Origin: a bacterium
GTDB taxonomy: Bacteria > Omnitrophota > Gorgyraeia > Aquiviventales > Aquiviventaceae
DNA length: 64,000 nucleotides
NCBI GenBank assembly: GCA_036396895.1
Contig: DASWKB010000008.1
Span: forward strand, 1,796-65,795
Direction: 5' to 3'
The notes under the pieces are model-generated. The model searched no databases. It was not told the origin of the DNA and saw only the letters and a program-made list of their open reading frames with translations. Below, in pieces: positions 47,553 through 57,170 of this stretch. Positions within the stretch are counted from its first letter, which is position 1, and each line of letters starts with the position of its first letter. Both the position numbers and the translations under genes were made by a program.

Positions 47553-48245
47553 ATGCGCGGGCGCGTTCCCATTCGGGTCGTCATTGCCGCCGTGGCGGCG
47601 GGTGTCGCCGCCGCCGGCCTGTGGCTCGTGTCGCGACCGTCGGCGGGACGGGATGCGGCTCATGTCCGTGAACCGGAAGCCCCGGTCGCCGCCGAGCCCG
47701 CCATGAGGCAGCCGCCCATGACCCGAGACCGGTACGAGGGATCCGACCTGGGCTTCCCGGCGGCCTTCGACATCCCCTCCGGATGGAAACTCGAGCATGA
47801 GCGCGGAACGATCGACCCGTACGCGCAGATCAGGCTGCTGGGGCCGCGGAACGCCGATGACACCTTCCGCGCCATGCTCGCCGTCCGGGCGTACCCGCGC
47901 GAATCCGGTCCCCCGCAGCACGACAGCGCCGGCGCCTGGCTCGCGCACCTGAAGGCGCACCTGCCCCCCGGCGCCATGATCGAGCGTGAGCTCACGCGCG
48001 ACGTCGCCGGCCGGCCCGCGACGGACCTGACCGCGGCGTACGTCATCCCGCCCCTGCACCGGCCGGGGCTGCCCGCCGTCGAGATTCCCGTCCGGATGCG
48101 GACGATCGTGACGCAGACCGGCGGCCACGTGGTTGAAGTGATGGGGTCGTCGGACGCGCGGGAGTTCGAGTGGCTGGCGCCGCGCTTGGACGCGCTGCTC
48201 CGGAGCCTTGAGCTCGCCGAGCCGGACGGAATCCGGAGCCGCTAG
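47553..48245 (+). CDS. Membrane-anchored hypothetical protein; its periplasmic domain is reminiscent of the PsbP/DcrB/DUF1795 fold (tentative)
   Basis: 230 aa with an N-terminal TM helix (IRVVIAAVAAGVAAAGLWLV). It contains FPAAFDIPSGWKLEHE... It starts 10 nt after the pilin-fusion stop. Confidence 0.5.
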   Translation: MRGRVPIRVVIAAVAAGVAAAGLWLVSRPSAGRDAAHVREPEAPVAAEPAMRQPPMTRDRYEGSDLGFPAAFDIPSGWKLEHERGTIDPYAQIRLLGPRNADDTFRAMLAVRAYPRESGPPQHDSAGAWLAHLKAHLPPGAMIERELTRDVAGRPATDLTAAYVIPPLHRPGLPAVEIPVRMRTIVTQTGGHVVEVMGSSDAREFEWLAPRLDALLRSLELAEPDGIRSR

Positions 48246-48832
48246 CGCCGCAGCAGCTGCCGGATGAGCTTCGCGAAGTAATCCGCCTCCAGATTCACCC
48301 GGTCCCCCGGCTGGAGATGCCCGAGCGCCGTCCGGCGCAGCGTCTCCGGAATCAGATGGACCGTGAAGGTCCCGCGCCCCAGCACGGCGCCGACGGTCAG
48401 GCTGACTCCATCGACCGCGATCGGCCCCTTCGGCACCAGGAGCGGGCGGATCTCCCGCGGCGCGCGAATCGTCAGCGCGACCTCCCCCGCCGACCGGCGC
48501 CGGCCGGTGACCGTGCCGGCACCGTCCACGTGTCCGAAGACCAGATGCCCGTGGAACCGGTCGGTCACGCCGAGACTCGGCTCCAGATGCACCGGCGAGC
48601 CCACCCGGCACGCCCCGAGGCTGGTCCGCCGCCGCGTCTCCGGAATCATCTCACACGCCAGCCGCCCGCCGCCGGAGGCGACCGCCGTCAGGCACACGCC
48701 GTGCACGGCGACGCTGTCGAGGGGCTGAACCAGCGCCGCCGTCTTGGGCGCATCCAGCTCCATCCGGACGACGCCGCCGCGCGTGGCAAGACGCGCCACC
48801 GTGCCGACTTCTCTGATGATCCCGGTGAACAT
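48242..48832 (-). CDS. ribE: Riboflavin synthase alpha chain
   Basis: 196 aa. MFTGIIREVGTV and a duplicated lumazine-binding half (VAVDGVSLTV). Confidence 0.9.
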   Translation of the reverse strand: MFTGIIREVGTVARLATRGGVVRMELDAPKTAALVQPLDSVAVHGVCLTAVASGGGRLACEMIPETRRRTSLGACRVGSPVHLEPSLGVTDRFHGHLVFGHVDGAGTVTGRRRSAGEVALTIRAPREIRPLLVPKGPIAVDGVSLTVGAVLGRGTFTVHLIPETLRRTALGHLQPGDRVNLEADYFAKLIRQLLRR

Positions 48833-48884
48833 GGCGGTCTCCGTGTACGCCGTTCAAATCCGTGTAAGCAGATCGTGTCACGCG

Positions 48885-49997
48885 CTATAACGGATAGCGC
48901 ACCCGCCCGGTGACGCACCAATCGCGCCCGGCACGCGTCACCGTGCACGACGAGAGCCTGACGGCGCGCGCCAGCGTCGGCGCGCCTGCGCCGCCGACGG
49001 CGCTGGGCGAGCGCCGCCCGCCGAGCAGGACCGGCGCGATCCACCAGCGCACCTCATCCACCACGCGCTCCGCCAGCGCGCCGGCCAGGAGCTCCCCCCC
49101 GCCTTCCAGGAGGACGCGCCGGACGCCGCGCCGGACGAGGATCCGGCCGAGCGCGCGCAGCGACACGCGCCCGCCGCGTCCGGGCGCGTAGACGACCGAC
49201 GCGCCCCGGCGGCGCAGCGCCGCTTCCGCCGCGGGACGCCGCACGCAGGCGGCCACCACCGCCGCGCCTCCCGCGAGGCATCGCGCCCGCACGGGCGTGC
49301 GCAGCCGGCTGTCGACGATCACCCTGAGCGGCTGGCGGCTTGCCCCGACGCGCGCACTCAGACGCGGGTCATCGCGCAGCACCGTATTGATCCCGACCAT
49401 CACCGCGTCCGATTCGGCTCGCCACCGGTGCGAGAGCCGCCGGGCCGCCGCGCCGGTGATCCACTTCGACTGCCCGCCGGCAGCGGCGATTTTTCCATCG
49501 AGACTCTGGGCGATCTTCGCGACGACGTAGGGTTGCCCCGTGCGCATGGCTTTTTCGAACCCCGGGTTGAGCCGGCGAGCCTCCGCCGCCAGCACGCGCG
49601 TCCTCACGCGGACCCCGGCCCGCCGCAGCGTCCGGTACCCGCGCCCCGACACAAGGGGGTTCGGGTCGTCCGCGGCCGCCACGACCCGGGTGATCCCGGC
49701 GCGGATGACGGCGTCGGCGCACGGCGGCGTCCGCCCGTAATGCGCGCACGGCTCGAGCGTCACATAGAGCGTCGCTCCGCGCGCCCGGACGCCGGCCCGG
49801 CGCAGGGCGATGAGTTCCGCGTGCGGGCCGCCCGCGCGCCGGTGAAATCCCTCCCCGACGATGCGTCCCGCCTTCACCACCACGGCGCCGACGGCGGGGT
49901 TCGGCGAGGTCCGCCCGGCGCCGCGCCGCGCCAGCGACAGCGCGAGCGCCATCATGCGCTCATCGGGGGAGCGATGGGGGTGCCGGGCGCGCGCCAT
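48885..49997 (-). CDS. ribD: Bifunctional riboflavin biosynthesis deaminase/reductase
   Basis: Start at MARARHPHRSPDERMMALALSLARRGAGRTSPNPAVGAVVV. HAELIAL and TLEPCAHYGRTPPC are present. Confidence 0.85.
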   Translation of the reverse strand: MARARHPHRSPDERMMALALSLARRGAGRTSPNPAVGAVVVKAGRIVGEGFHRRAGGPHAELIALRRAGVRARGATLYVTLEPCAHYGRTPPCADAVIRAGITRVVAAADDPNPLVSGRGYRTLRRAGVRVRTRVLAAEARRLNPGFEKAMRTGQPYVVAKIAQSLDGKIAAAGGQSKWITGAAARRLSHRWRAESDAVMVGINTVLRDDPRLSARVGASRQPLRVIVDSRLRTPVRARCLAGGAAVVAACVRRPAAEAALRRRGASVVYAPGRGGRVSLRALGRILVRRGVRRVLLEGGGELLAGALAERVVDEVRWWIAPVLLGGRRSPSAVGGAGAPTLARAVRLSSCTVTRAGRDWCVTGRVRYPL

Positions 49998-50026
49998 ACG
50001 CGGAATCCGATACCGCGCCGATGGAA

Positions 50027-50866
50027 TCAGGCCGCGGCCCGGTGCGACGCGTGCCAGCGCCGCAGGGCCTCCAGGCACGCGTACGGCGCCCGCGCCGCGC
50101 CGACGGCCGCGCCTTCCTTGTGCCCGACGCCGTGAAAGTCGCTGCCGCCGGTCTTCAGGAGCCCCAGGTCATCCGCCATCCGCTCGTACCGGCGCACCTG
50201 CTCCGGCGTGTGGCTGGAGTGGTGCGTTTCCAGTCCCGCGAGTCCCTGCGACGCGAAGCGCGCGATCATGTCGTCCCGCTTCACGTAGACCGGGTGCGCC
50301 AGGACCGGCACTCCGCCGGCCTCGCGGATCAGCGCGATGATCGTCGCGGGCGCGACCGTGGAGCCGGGAATGAACCCGGGGTTGCCCGGGCCGATGAACC
50401 GCTCGAACGCCTCGGACGTCGAGGACACGTAGCCGTGCTTGCGGAGCACCCGGGCCACGTGCGGGCGGCCCACGGTGCCCTTGCCCGCCAGCGCGAGCAC
50501 TTCCTCCGCGGAAATCTCGACCCCGACGCTCCGCAGCCGGGCGGCGGTCTCATGCACCCGCCGCACCCGGCGCGCCTGCTGCCGCTCGAGGTGCGCGCGG
50601 AAGGCCGCGTGCGCCGGATCGAACAGATAGCCCAGGATGTGGACTTCGATGCCGTCCTCGCTGGAGGACATCTCGATCCCCGGAATCAGCTCGATGCCCC
50701 GGGCCGCCGCCGCGGCCTCGGACTCGCTCAGCGCGTCGATATTGTCGTGATCGGTGATGGCCGCGGCCGCGAGCCCCGCGCCCCGCGCGAGCTCAAGCAC
50801 CGCCTCCGGCGCTTCCGTCCCATCGGAATAGTGCGTGTGCAGGTGCAGGTCCACCAGGCGTTCCAT
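50027..50866 (-). CDS. PHP-domain phosphoesterase (TrpH/YciV-like)
   Basis: 279 aa. MERLVDLHLHTHYSDGT...ITDHD...GSDFHG. Confidence 0.8.
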   Translation of the reverse strand: MERLVDLHLHTHYSDGTEAPEAVLELARGAGLAAAAITDHDNIDALSESEAAAAARGIELIPGIEMSSSEDGIEVHILGYLFDPAHAAFRAHLERQQARRVRRVHETAARLRSVGVEISAEEVLALAGKGTVGRPHVARVLRKHGYVSSTSEAFERFIGPGNPGFIPGSTVAPATIIALIREAGGVPVLAHPVYVKRDDMIARFASQGLAGLETHHSSHTPEQVRRYERMADDLGLLKTGGSDFHGVGHKEGAAVGAARAPYACLEALRRWHASHRAAA

Positions 50867-50999
50867 GATCAGGCTCGGCTCCTTCGGCCACCATCCACGT
50901 CATGCCTCGACCGGCGAGTGCGGCGCCCGTCCTGACGACGCGCGCGGTTCATGCTTCGATTGATGACTGCCGCGCAGCGACATGCATGCGACGCGGCAT

Positions 51000-51419
51000 T
51001 CAGACGGACGCGCCCTCCTGCGGCCGCTTGTGGATGGCGTCCAGCACTCCGTTGATGAATTTGCCGGAATCCGCGGCCCCGAATCGCTTGGCGAGCTCGA
51101 TGGCTTCGTTGATGCAGACCGACGGCGGCGCGTCGCGCCGGAAGACGAGCTCACACGCGCCGAGTCGCAGGATGTTCCGGTCCACGACCGCCATGCGCTT
51201 GAGATTCCAGTTTTCGGCGTGCGCGGTGATCAGGCGGTCGATATCGTCCAGATGCTCCACCGTCTCCGTCACCAGGGCCGAGGCGAAGTCCCGGGATTCC
51301 TGGACCGCCTCATGATCCCTCCAGAACTCCGCGAGCAGCGTGCGGGCGTCGGCGCGGCGGATGTCGCTCTGGTAGAGGATTTGGAGCGCGTATTCTCTGG
51401 CTTTGGTTCGTTTGCGCAT
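51000..51419 (-). CDS. nusB: Transcription antitermination factor NusB
   Basis: Start at MRKRTKAREYALQILYQ (ATG at 51419). Also ...VDRNILRLGACEL.... Confidence 0.85.
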   Translation of the reverse strand: MRKRTKAREYALQILYQSDIRRADARTLLAEFWRDHEAVQESRDFASALVTETVEHLDDIDRLITAHAENWNLKRMAVVDRNILRLGACELVFRRDAPPSVCINEAIELAKRFGAADSGKFINGVLDAIHKRPQEGASV

Positions 51420-51432
51420 GCGGGATGCTCGG

Positions 51433-51933
51433 TTACCGGCGTCGCCGGCGTCGCGCCGCCGCGGACCGGCGGCCGGTGATGGTCGCAAACACGCGCAACA
51501 CGGCGAGCGCCGCCAGCGCGGCTTCCGCCCCGCGGTTGCCCTCGCGGCCCCCCGCGCGCGCGCGGGCCTGCGCGAGGCTCTCGGCGAGGACCACGCCCGA
51601 GGTCACGGGCAGCAGCCGCTGAATGGCGATCTGCTCCAGGCCCTGCGCCACCGCCTGGGCGAGCACTTCGTGCTGGCGGGTTTGGCCGCGGACCAGCACG
51701 CCCAGGGCGATGATCGCGGAGGGACGCCGACGGCTTGACGCCGCGAGGCGCGCGGCCGCGACGGGCAGCTCGAACGCCCCTGGCACCCAGTAGCGCTCGA
51801 TCGCGCCGGGCGGCACGCCATGGCGAAGGAGCGCGCGTTCGGCGCCGCGGATGAGCACCTGGGTGATCGGGCGGTGGAACTCCGAGGCGACGAGCGCGAA
51901 ACGCTTGCGCGTGAGCCAGGCGGGGGTCGTCAT
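51433..51933 (-). CDS. ribH: 6,7-dimethyl-8-ribityllumazine synthase
   Basis: Start at MTTPAWLTRKRFALVASEFH (ATG at 51933). WVPGAFELP and IALGVLVRGQTRQHE are present. Confidence 0.85.
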   Translation of the reverse strand: MTTPAWLTRKRFALVASEFHRPITQVLIRGAERALLRHGVPPGAIERYWVPGAFELPVAAARLAASSRRRPSAIIALGVLVRGQTRQHEVLAQAVAQGLEQIAIQRLLPVTSGVVLAESLAQARARAGGREGNRGAEAALAALAVLRVFATITGRRSAAARRRRRR

Positions 51934-51956
51934 CGCACCGGGGCCCCTGGCCGGCC

Positions 51957-53174
51957 CTAGCCGACCATGGCGTCCAGCCAGTGCCCGAGTTTCTCCCGCT
52001 TCGTCTCGAGGTATTTCCAGTTCTTCGGGCCCGGAGGAATCTGGATGGGGACGCGCTCGACCACGTGCAGACCGTAGCCGTCGAGCCCGACGATCTTGCG
52101 GGGATTGTTCGTCAGGAGGCGCAGCTGCTTCAACCCCAGGTCCACCAGGATCTGCGCGCCGATGCCGTAGTCGCGCAGGTCGGCGCCGAACCCGAGCGCG
52201 CGGTTCGCCTCCACGGTGTCCATCCCCTGGTCCTGCAGGGCGTACGCCCTGAGCTTGTTCGCGAGCCCGATCCCCCGGCCTTCCTGGCAGACGTAGAGCA
52301 GGACACCCCGCCCCTCCTCGGCGATCATCTCCATCGCCCGGATGAGCTGCGGACCGCAATCGCAGCGCTGGCTGCCGAAGACCTCGCCCGTCACGCACTG
52401 GGAATGCACCCGCACGAGCGCGGGCTCCCCGTCATCCACCTTGCCCTTGATGAGCGCCAGATAGTGGCGGTCGTCCACGCTCGTCTCGTACAGCACGAGG
52501 TCGAACTCGCCGATCGGGACGGGCAACCGGGTGCGCACCACACGCGAAATGAGCTTCTCGAAGCGGCGGCGGTATTCGATGAGACTCGCGATCGTGCAGA
52601 TTTTCAAGCCGTGCAGCCGGGCGAACGCCGCCAGCTCCGGCACCCGCGCCATGCAGCCGTCCTGGTTCATGATCTCGCAGATGACCCCGGCCGGAGCCAG
52701 GCCCGCGAGGCGCGCCAGATCGACGGCCGCCTCGGTGTGCCCCGCCCGGCGGAGCACGCCCCCCGGCTTGGCGCGCAGCGGAAACACGTGCCCCGGACGC
52801 GTGAAGTCGGCGGGCACCGCGGCGGCATCGAGGAGCGTCCGGATCGTGTGCGCCCGGTCCGCCGCCGAGATCCCCGTCGACACGCCGCGCCTGGCGTCCA
52901 CGGAGATCGTCCAGTCGGTCTTCATCGGGTCTTCCGACGGGGACACCATGGGGTGCAGGCCCAGCGCCTCGAGCCGTCTGCCCTCCATCGGGACGCAGAC
53001 GATCCCGCGCCCGTGGGTCACCATGAAGTTGATGACCTCGGGCGTCACGAACGAGGCGCCCAGCACGAGATCCCCCTCGTTCTCGCGGTCGTCGTCGTCC
53101 ACCACGATCACCAGGCGGCCGGCTTTGACCTCCTCGAGGACGTCGGGTATGGAGTCGAAGGTGTGGTCTGCCAT
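51957..53174 (-). CDS. ribBA: Bifunctional 3,4-dihydroxy-2-butanone-4-phosphate synthase / GTP cyclohydrolase II
   Basis: 405 aa with [23 protein letters not shown] and the cyclohydrolase motif [18 protein letters not shown]. Confidence 0.9.
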   Translation of the reverse strand: MADHTFDSIPDVLEEVKAGRLVIVVDDDDRENEGDLVLGASFVTPEVINFMVTHGRGIVCVPMEGRRLEALGLHPMVSPSEDPMKTDWTISVDARRGVSTGISAADRAHTIRTLLDAAAVPADFTRPGHVFPLRAKPGGVLRRAGHTEAAVDLARLAGLAPAGVICEIMNQDGCMARVPELAAFARLHGLKICTIASLIEYRRRFEKLISRVVRTRLPVPIGEFDLVLYETSVDDRHYLALIKGKVDDGEPALVRVHSQCVTGEVFGSQRCDCGPQLIRAMEMIAEEGRGVLLYVCQEGRGIGLANKLRAYALQDQGMDTVEANRALGFGADLRDYGIGAQILVDLGLKQLRLLTNNPRKIVGLDGYGLHVVERVPIQIPPGPKNWKYLETKREKLGHWLDAMVG

Positions 53175-53185
53175 CGAAGTACGCC

Positions 53186-53214
53186 AGTATAGCCCTGCCG
53201 GTTACGCCGGTCAA
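53186..53214 (-). promoter_or_regulatory. Candidate rib-operon promoter lying almost against the ribBA start codon
   Basis: Minus strand reads TTGACC - 17 nt - TATACT - 11 nt - ATG (53174). There is no room for a conventional leader. Confidence 0.45.
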
Positions 53215-53223
53215 GCCACGCTA

Positions 53224-53513
53224 CGGGGGCGGGAGACGAGGGACTTCACTGGTCGGAAGCTGGATGCTAGAAGCTGGACGCTGGAATATTCGTTCGTCTA
53301 TTCCGTCTGGTCCGCCATTTCCGTCTGTCCGTCAACGCTGGGGCATGGAGCATGGGTAATAGCATGAGAGGATGGAAGGTAGAAGATGGAAGGTAGAAGG
53401 TAGAATTGCTACCTTCTCTTTTCCATCTTCTATCTTCTATCTTCTATCTTCCATCTTCCATCTTCCATCTTCCACCTTCTCATGGTAATCCCCACGCCAT
53501 GCCCCACGCCCCG
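53224..53513. repeat. Mosaic element with the clearest heptamer array
   Basis: GCTGGAW words at 53245-53285 and CCGTC words at 53293-53333. The hairpin has arms 53370-53405 (ggatggaaggtagaagatggaaggtagaaggtagaa) and 53409-53480 (ctaccttctcttttccatctt ctatctt ctatctt ctatctt ccatctt ccatctt ccatctt ccacctt). The outer GGGGCAT / ATGCCCC arms lie at 53340-53357 and 53490-53513. Confidence 0.9.
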
Positions 53514-53524
53514 TCTCGGGAATG

Positions 53525-56500
53525 TTACGCGGGAGAAGCGGCGGACACGGGCTGTTGGGCGGGCTTGCCGTTGGCGAACTTGGCGGAGAGCACGCGGGAA
53601 ATGCCCGGTTCCGCCATCGTCACGCCGTAGAGGCTGTCGGCGTTCGTGATCGTCTTCTTGTTGTGCGTGATGAGGATGAACTGGGACAGCTCCAGGAACT
53701 CTTCGAGCACCCGGGTGAAGCGGTCGACGTTGGCCTCATCGAGGGGGGCATCGATTTCGTCCAGAATGCAGAACGGGGACGGCCGCACCTTGAACAGCGC
53801 GAAGAGCAGCGCGATGGCGGTCAGCGCGCGCTCGCCCCCGGAGAGCAGGCTGATGTTCTGCAGACGCTTCCCCGGCGGACGCGCGACGATGTCGATCCCG
53901 GATTCCAGGACGTCGCCCTCGTCCATGAGCGCCAGGTCCGCCTGCCCTCCGTTGAAGAGCCGGGCGAAATAGCCCTGGAACTCCTGCTTGATGCGCTCGA
54001 ACGTTTCCTTGAACTGCGTGCGGGCGGTCTTGTTGATCTGCGCGATCGAGGCCTTGAGATCGTCGCGCGCCTGGATCAGGTCCTGCTGCTGCGACTGCAG
54101 GAACTCATGGCGTCGCTTGAGCTCGTCATACTCTTCGACGGAGCCCAGGCTCACCGGCCCGAGCCCTTCGAGCTTCTTGCGCAGCTGCAGCACCTCCTCC
54201 GCCATCGGCGCGCGCTGCTCCTCCGGGATCGGCTCGCCCTCCACCGCCAGCTCCGCCTCGATGGCCGCCTCGTCGATCTGGTACAGCTCCCGCAGCCGCT
54301 CGATCAGGTGGCTCCGGCGGTAGCCGCGCTCGGAGCGCTGCTGCAGGCACTCCTGCGTCTCCCGGGCGAGCGAGGCCAGCTGCTGCTCCACCTCGAGCAC
54401 GCGCGGCAGCACCTGGTCCCGGGCCGACTCCTCCTGCTGGAGCGCCTCGGCGATGCCCGAGGCGTCCGTTTCCAGCGCCGCGCGCCGCTCGATGTGCTGT
54501 TCGCGGCCGGCCTGATGGGCGTCCCGCTGTCCGGCGAGCTCCTCGCAGCGCGCCGAGGCGTCACGACGCTGAGCCCGCTTCGTTTCGAGCTGCTGCGCGA
54601 GCGACGTCCGCTCCGCCTCCGCCTCGCGCCGCGACGCGCCGGCGGCGTCCGCCCGGTCGATCAGCGCGCGCAGCGCCGCGTCCGTCTGCGCCCGCGCCAC
54701 CAGCACCTGCTCCCGCCGCCGGCCGTGAGAGTCCCGCGCCGTCTGCGCCTCCTGCAGCGCCTGCTGGATCCGCCCGTGCCGCGCTTCGGCCTCGCGAACC
54801 GCCTGTTCCGCGGACGCGAGCGCGTGCCGGAGCCCGCCCTGCTCTGCGGCGAGCTCCTGGATCTCCAGATCGCGCCCGCGCTGCTCCTCGTCGATGCGCG
54901 CCAGCTCGTGCTCCAGCCTGAGCGCGTGCGCGTCGATCTTATGCAGGCTCGGCGCCAGATGCGCGAGCTCCCCTTTCAGCGATTCCTGCGCGGTCACCGC
55001 CGCCTGCCAGGCCTGCTCCGCCTCGCGCGCCTGCTGATCGAGCGCCCGCACGTCCTGCTCGAGCGCCTGCACGCGCGCCGCGCCCTGCTCCCAGCGCTGC
55101 CGGCGCCCGACGCGACGGCCCGACACGTCGTCATCCGGCGCGCCCTGCGGGGCGTGCTGTCCCGTCAGCCGCCACGACCGCCGGTCCCACCGCTCGCCGC
55201 GCAGGCTCACGAGCCGCGAGTCGGGCAGCCGCCCGGCGTCGGCCAGGAGCGGGTGGAGATCCTCGACCATCCATGAATCGTTGAGCAGCCAGTCCACGAG
55301 CGGCCGGTAGAGCGGATCGACCCTGACCAGTTCCCGGACGGACGCGCGCGCGTCCGCCTGGCGCGCCTCCGCCCCGGCGGGCGCTTCCGCCGGGCAGTCC
55401 GACAGCACGAGGAACCGCGCGCCTTCGAGCGTCCGCGCGCTCAACTGCTCACGGCAGCGCATCATCACCTCGCGGTCCCGGACGACCAGCGCATCCGCCA
55501 GCGGCCCGAGCGCCGCCTCGACAACGTCCTCGTAGCCGGGCGCCGCCTGCACGAGATCCGCCAGCGGGCCGAACAGCCCCTCCACGGGCTCCTGCATCAG
55601 TGCCCGGACCGTATCGGAGAACCCGTCGTAGCGCCGCCACAGCTCTTCCAGCAGCCGCGCGTGGGTGCGCTCGCCGGCCAGCTGATCCCTGAGCTGATGC
55701 AACCGGCCCTGGAGCTCGTGGCGACGCGCGCCCGCCGCGTCCAGCCCCTGCTGCGCCTCGGCCGAGCGCCGCTCGAGCGCCTCGTGCTGCGTCCGGACGG
55801 CGCTGTGCTCCTCGCGGGCCGCCGCGAGGCGCGCGCGCACGTCCTCGATGCCCGCGGCCTGTTGCGACCGCTGGCCTTCGAGCCGGCCGAGCTGCCCCTC
55901 GACGGACCGCAGCCGCGAGGCCGCGTCCGTAAACTCATTGCGCTGGTGCGTCGCCTCCGACGCGGCCGCGAACAGGTCCGTCTTGATGCCGCCCAGCGCC
56001 GACTCGGCCTCGCGCAGCGCCGCGTCCAGCCCCGCGAGGTCCGCGTCGTGCTGCGCAAGCTGCGGCTCGATCCCGCTGCGCTGCGCGTGGATCTCGGCCT
56101 CCGCGCCCGACAGGCGCTCAAGCTGCGCGCTCAACTGTTCGACGCGGCCCGACAACTGCAGCTCGTCCTGCTCCAGCTGGACGAGCTGCGCCTTCAGCTC
56201 CTCGATCCACCGGCCCTTGAGCTCGAACTGGCTCTCATGCTGCTCGATCTGGCTCGCGCATTCGACGATCTGCGTCCTGGCGTCCTGGAGCCGCTGCTGG
56301 ACCGCCGACACCGCGGCGTTGCACGCCTCGAGCGACCGGACATGCTCCTGCTTGCGCGACTCCAGCGTCTCCTGCGTCGCAGTCAGCTGCTGTAGGCGCC
56401 GCTCGAGCTCGCCCGAGCGGGACCGTCCCTGGCGGAGCTCATCCACGGTGAGCCTGAGCTCCAGCGACTTGAGCCGCTCCCACTGCGTCTGGTACTGGCG

Positions 56501-57142
56501 GGCCTTGTTCGCCTGGCGCTCCAGCGCCGACACCTGCCGCCTGACTTCGCCGGTGATGTCCGCGATCCGCACCAGGTGCTCCTCGACTTCGTCGAGCCGG
56601 CGGATCGTTTCCTGCTTTTTCGTGAGGTATTTCGCGATGCCGCTGGCCTCTTCGAAGACCACCCGCCGCTCCTCCGGCTTCGAGGAGAGCACCATATCGA
56701 TGTGCCCCTGCTCGATGATCGCGTAGGTCCCGCCGCCTAAGCCCGTGCCCATGAAGAGCTCCCGGATATCGCGCAGCCGGCACGGCGCCTGGTTGATGAA
56801 GCATTCCGTCTCGCCCGAGCGGAACACCCGGCGCGTGATGGTCACCTCGCTGAAGGCGATGGGCAGCAGGCCGGCTTCGTTCGAGATGGTCAGGTGCACT
56901 TCGGCGACGGAGAGGGGGGCCTTGGTGTCGGTCCCGTTGAAGATGACGTCTTCCAGGCGGGGCGCGCGGACGTCCCGGGGGTTGTGCTCCCCGAGGACCC
57001 AGCGGATGCTGTCCACGATGTTGGACTTCCCGCTTCCGTTGGGGCCGACGATCGCGGTGACGCCGGGCTCGAAGTGAACCGTCGTCTTATTGCAGAAGGA
57101 TTTGAATCCGAAGATTTCGAGTTTCTTAAACCGCATGGCCAA
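53525..57142 (-). CDS. smc: Chromosome partition protein SMC
   Basis: 1205 aa with an N-terminal Walker A (GPNGSGKSN), long coiled coils, a hinge, and a C-terminal signature LSGGERALTA plus Walker B ILDEIDAPLD. Confidence 0.95.
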   Translation of the reverse strand: MAMRFKKLEIFGFKSFCNKTTVHFEPGVTAIVGPNGSGKSNIVDSIRWVLGEHNPRDVRAPRLEDVIFNGTDTKAPLSVAEVHLTISNEAGLLPIAFSEVTITRRVFRSGETECFINQAPCRLRDIRELFMGTGLGGGTYAIIEQGHIDMVLSSKPEERRVVFEEASGIAKYLTKKQETIRRLDEVEEHLVRIADITGEVRRQVSALERQANKARQYQTQWERLKSLELRLTVDELRQGRSRSGELERRLQQLTATQETLESRKQEHVRSLEACNAAVSAVQQRLQDARTQIVECASQIEQHESQFELKGRWIEELKAQLVQLEQDELQLSGRVEQLSAQLERLSGAEAEIHAQRSGIEPQLAQHDADLAGLDAALREAESALGGIKTDLFAAASEATHQRNEFTDAASRLRSVEGQLGRLEGQRSQQAAGIEDVRARLAAAREEHSAVRTQHEALERRSAEAQQGLDAAGARRHELQGRLHQLRDQLAGERTHARLLEELWRRYDGFSDTVRALMQEPVEGLFGPLADLVQAAPGYEDVVEAALGPLADALVVRDREVMMRCREQLSARTLEGARFLVLSDCPAEAPAGAEARQADARASVRELVRVDPLYRPLVDWLLNDSWMVEDLHPLLADAGRLPDSRLVSLRGERWDRRSWRLTGQHAPQGAPDDDVSGRRVGRRQRWEQGAARVQALEQDVRALDQQAREAEQAWQAAVTAQESLKGELAHLAPSLHKIDAHALRLEHELARIDEEQRGRDLEIQELAAEQGGLRHALASAEQAVREAEARHGRIQQALQEAQTARDSHGRRREQVLVARAQTDAALRALIDRADAAGASRREAEAERTSLAQQLETKRAQRRDASARCEELAGQRDAHQAGREQHIERRAALETDASGIAEALQQEESARDQVLPRVLEVEQQLASLARETQECLQQRSERGYRRSHLIERLRELYQIDEAAIEAELAVEGEPIPEEQRAPMAEEVLQLRKKLEGLGPVSLGSVEEYDELKRRHEFLQSQQQDLIQARDDLKASIAQINKTARTQFKETFERIKQEFQGYFARLFNGGQADLALMDEGDVLESGIDIVARPPGKRLQNISLLSGGERALTAIALLFALFKVRPSPFCILDEIDAPLDEANVDRFTRVLEEFLELSQFILITHNKKTITNADSLYGVTMAEPGISRVLSAKFANGKPAQQPVSAASPA

Positions 57143-57170
57143 GGTCCACGGGCGCCCGCGCGAAGCGGCC

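Noticed and set aside
47523-48611. 362-aa minus-strand ORF spanning the third gene of the plus-strand operon and part of ribE.
   Set aside because: It crosses the convergent gene boundary, has a Gly/Arg/Pro-rich composition, and lies opposite or out of frame to better-supported genes.
53409-53480. The possibility that the short tandem arrays (also 7054-7115 and 20345-20418) are CRISPR arrays.
   Set aside because: The units are 7 nt and contiguous, with no unique spacers, and no cas genes are nearby. The architecture is inverted-repeat hairpins, not repeat-spacer.
53175-53524. An FMN (RFN) riboswitch upstream of ribBA.
   Set aside because: I could not recognise the conserved RFN sequence blocks on the minus strand, and the interval is occupied by mosaic repeats. 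This needs a covariance-model search to be definitive.
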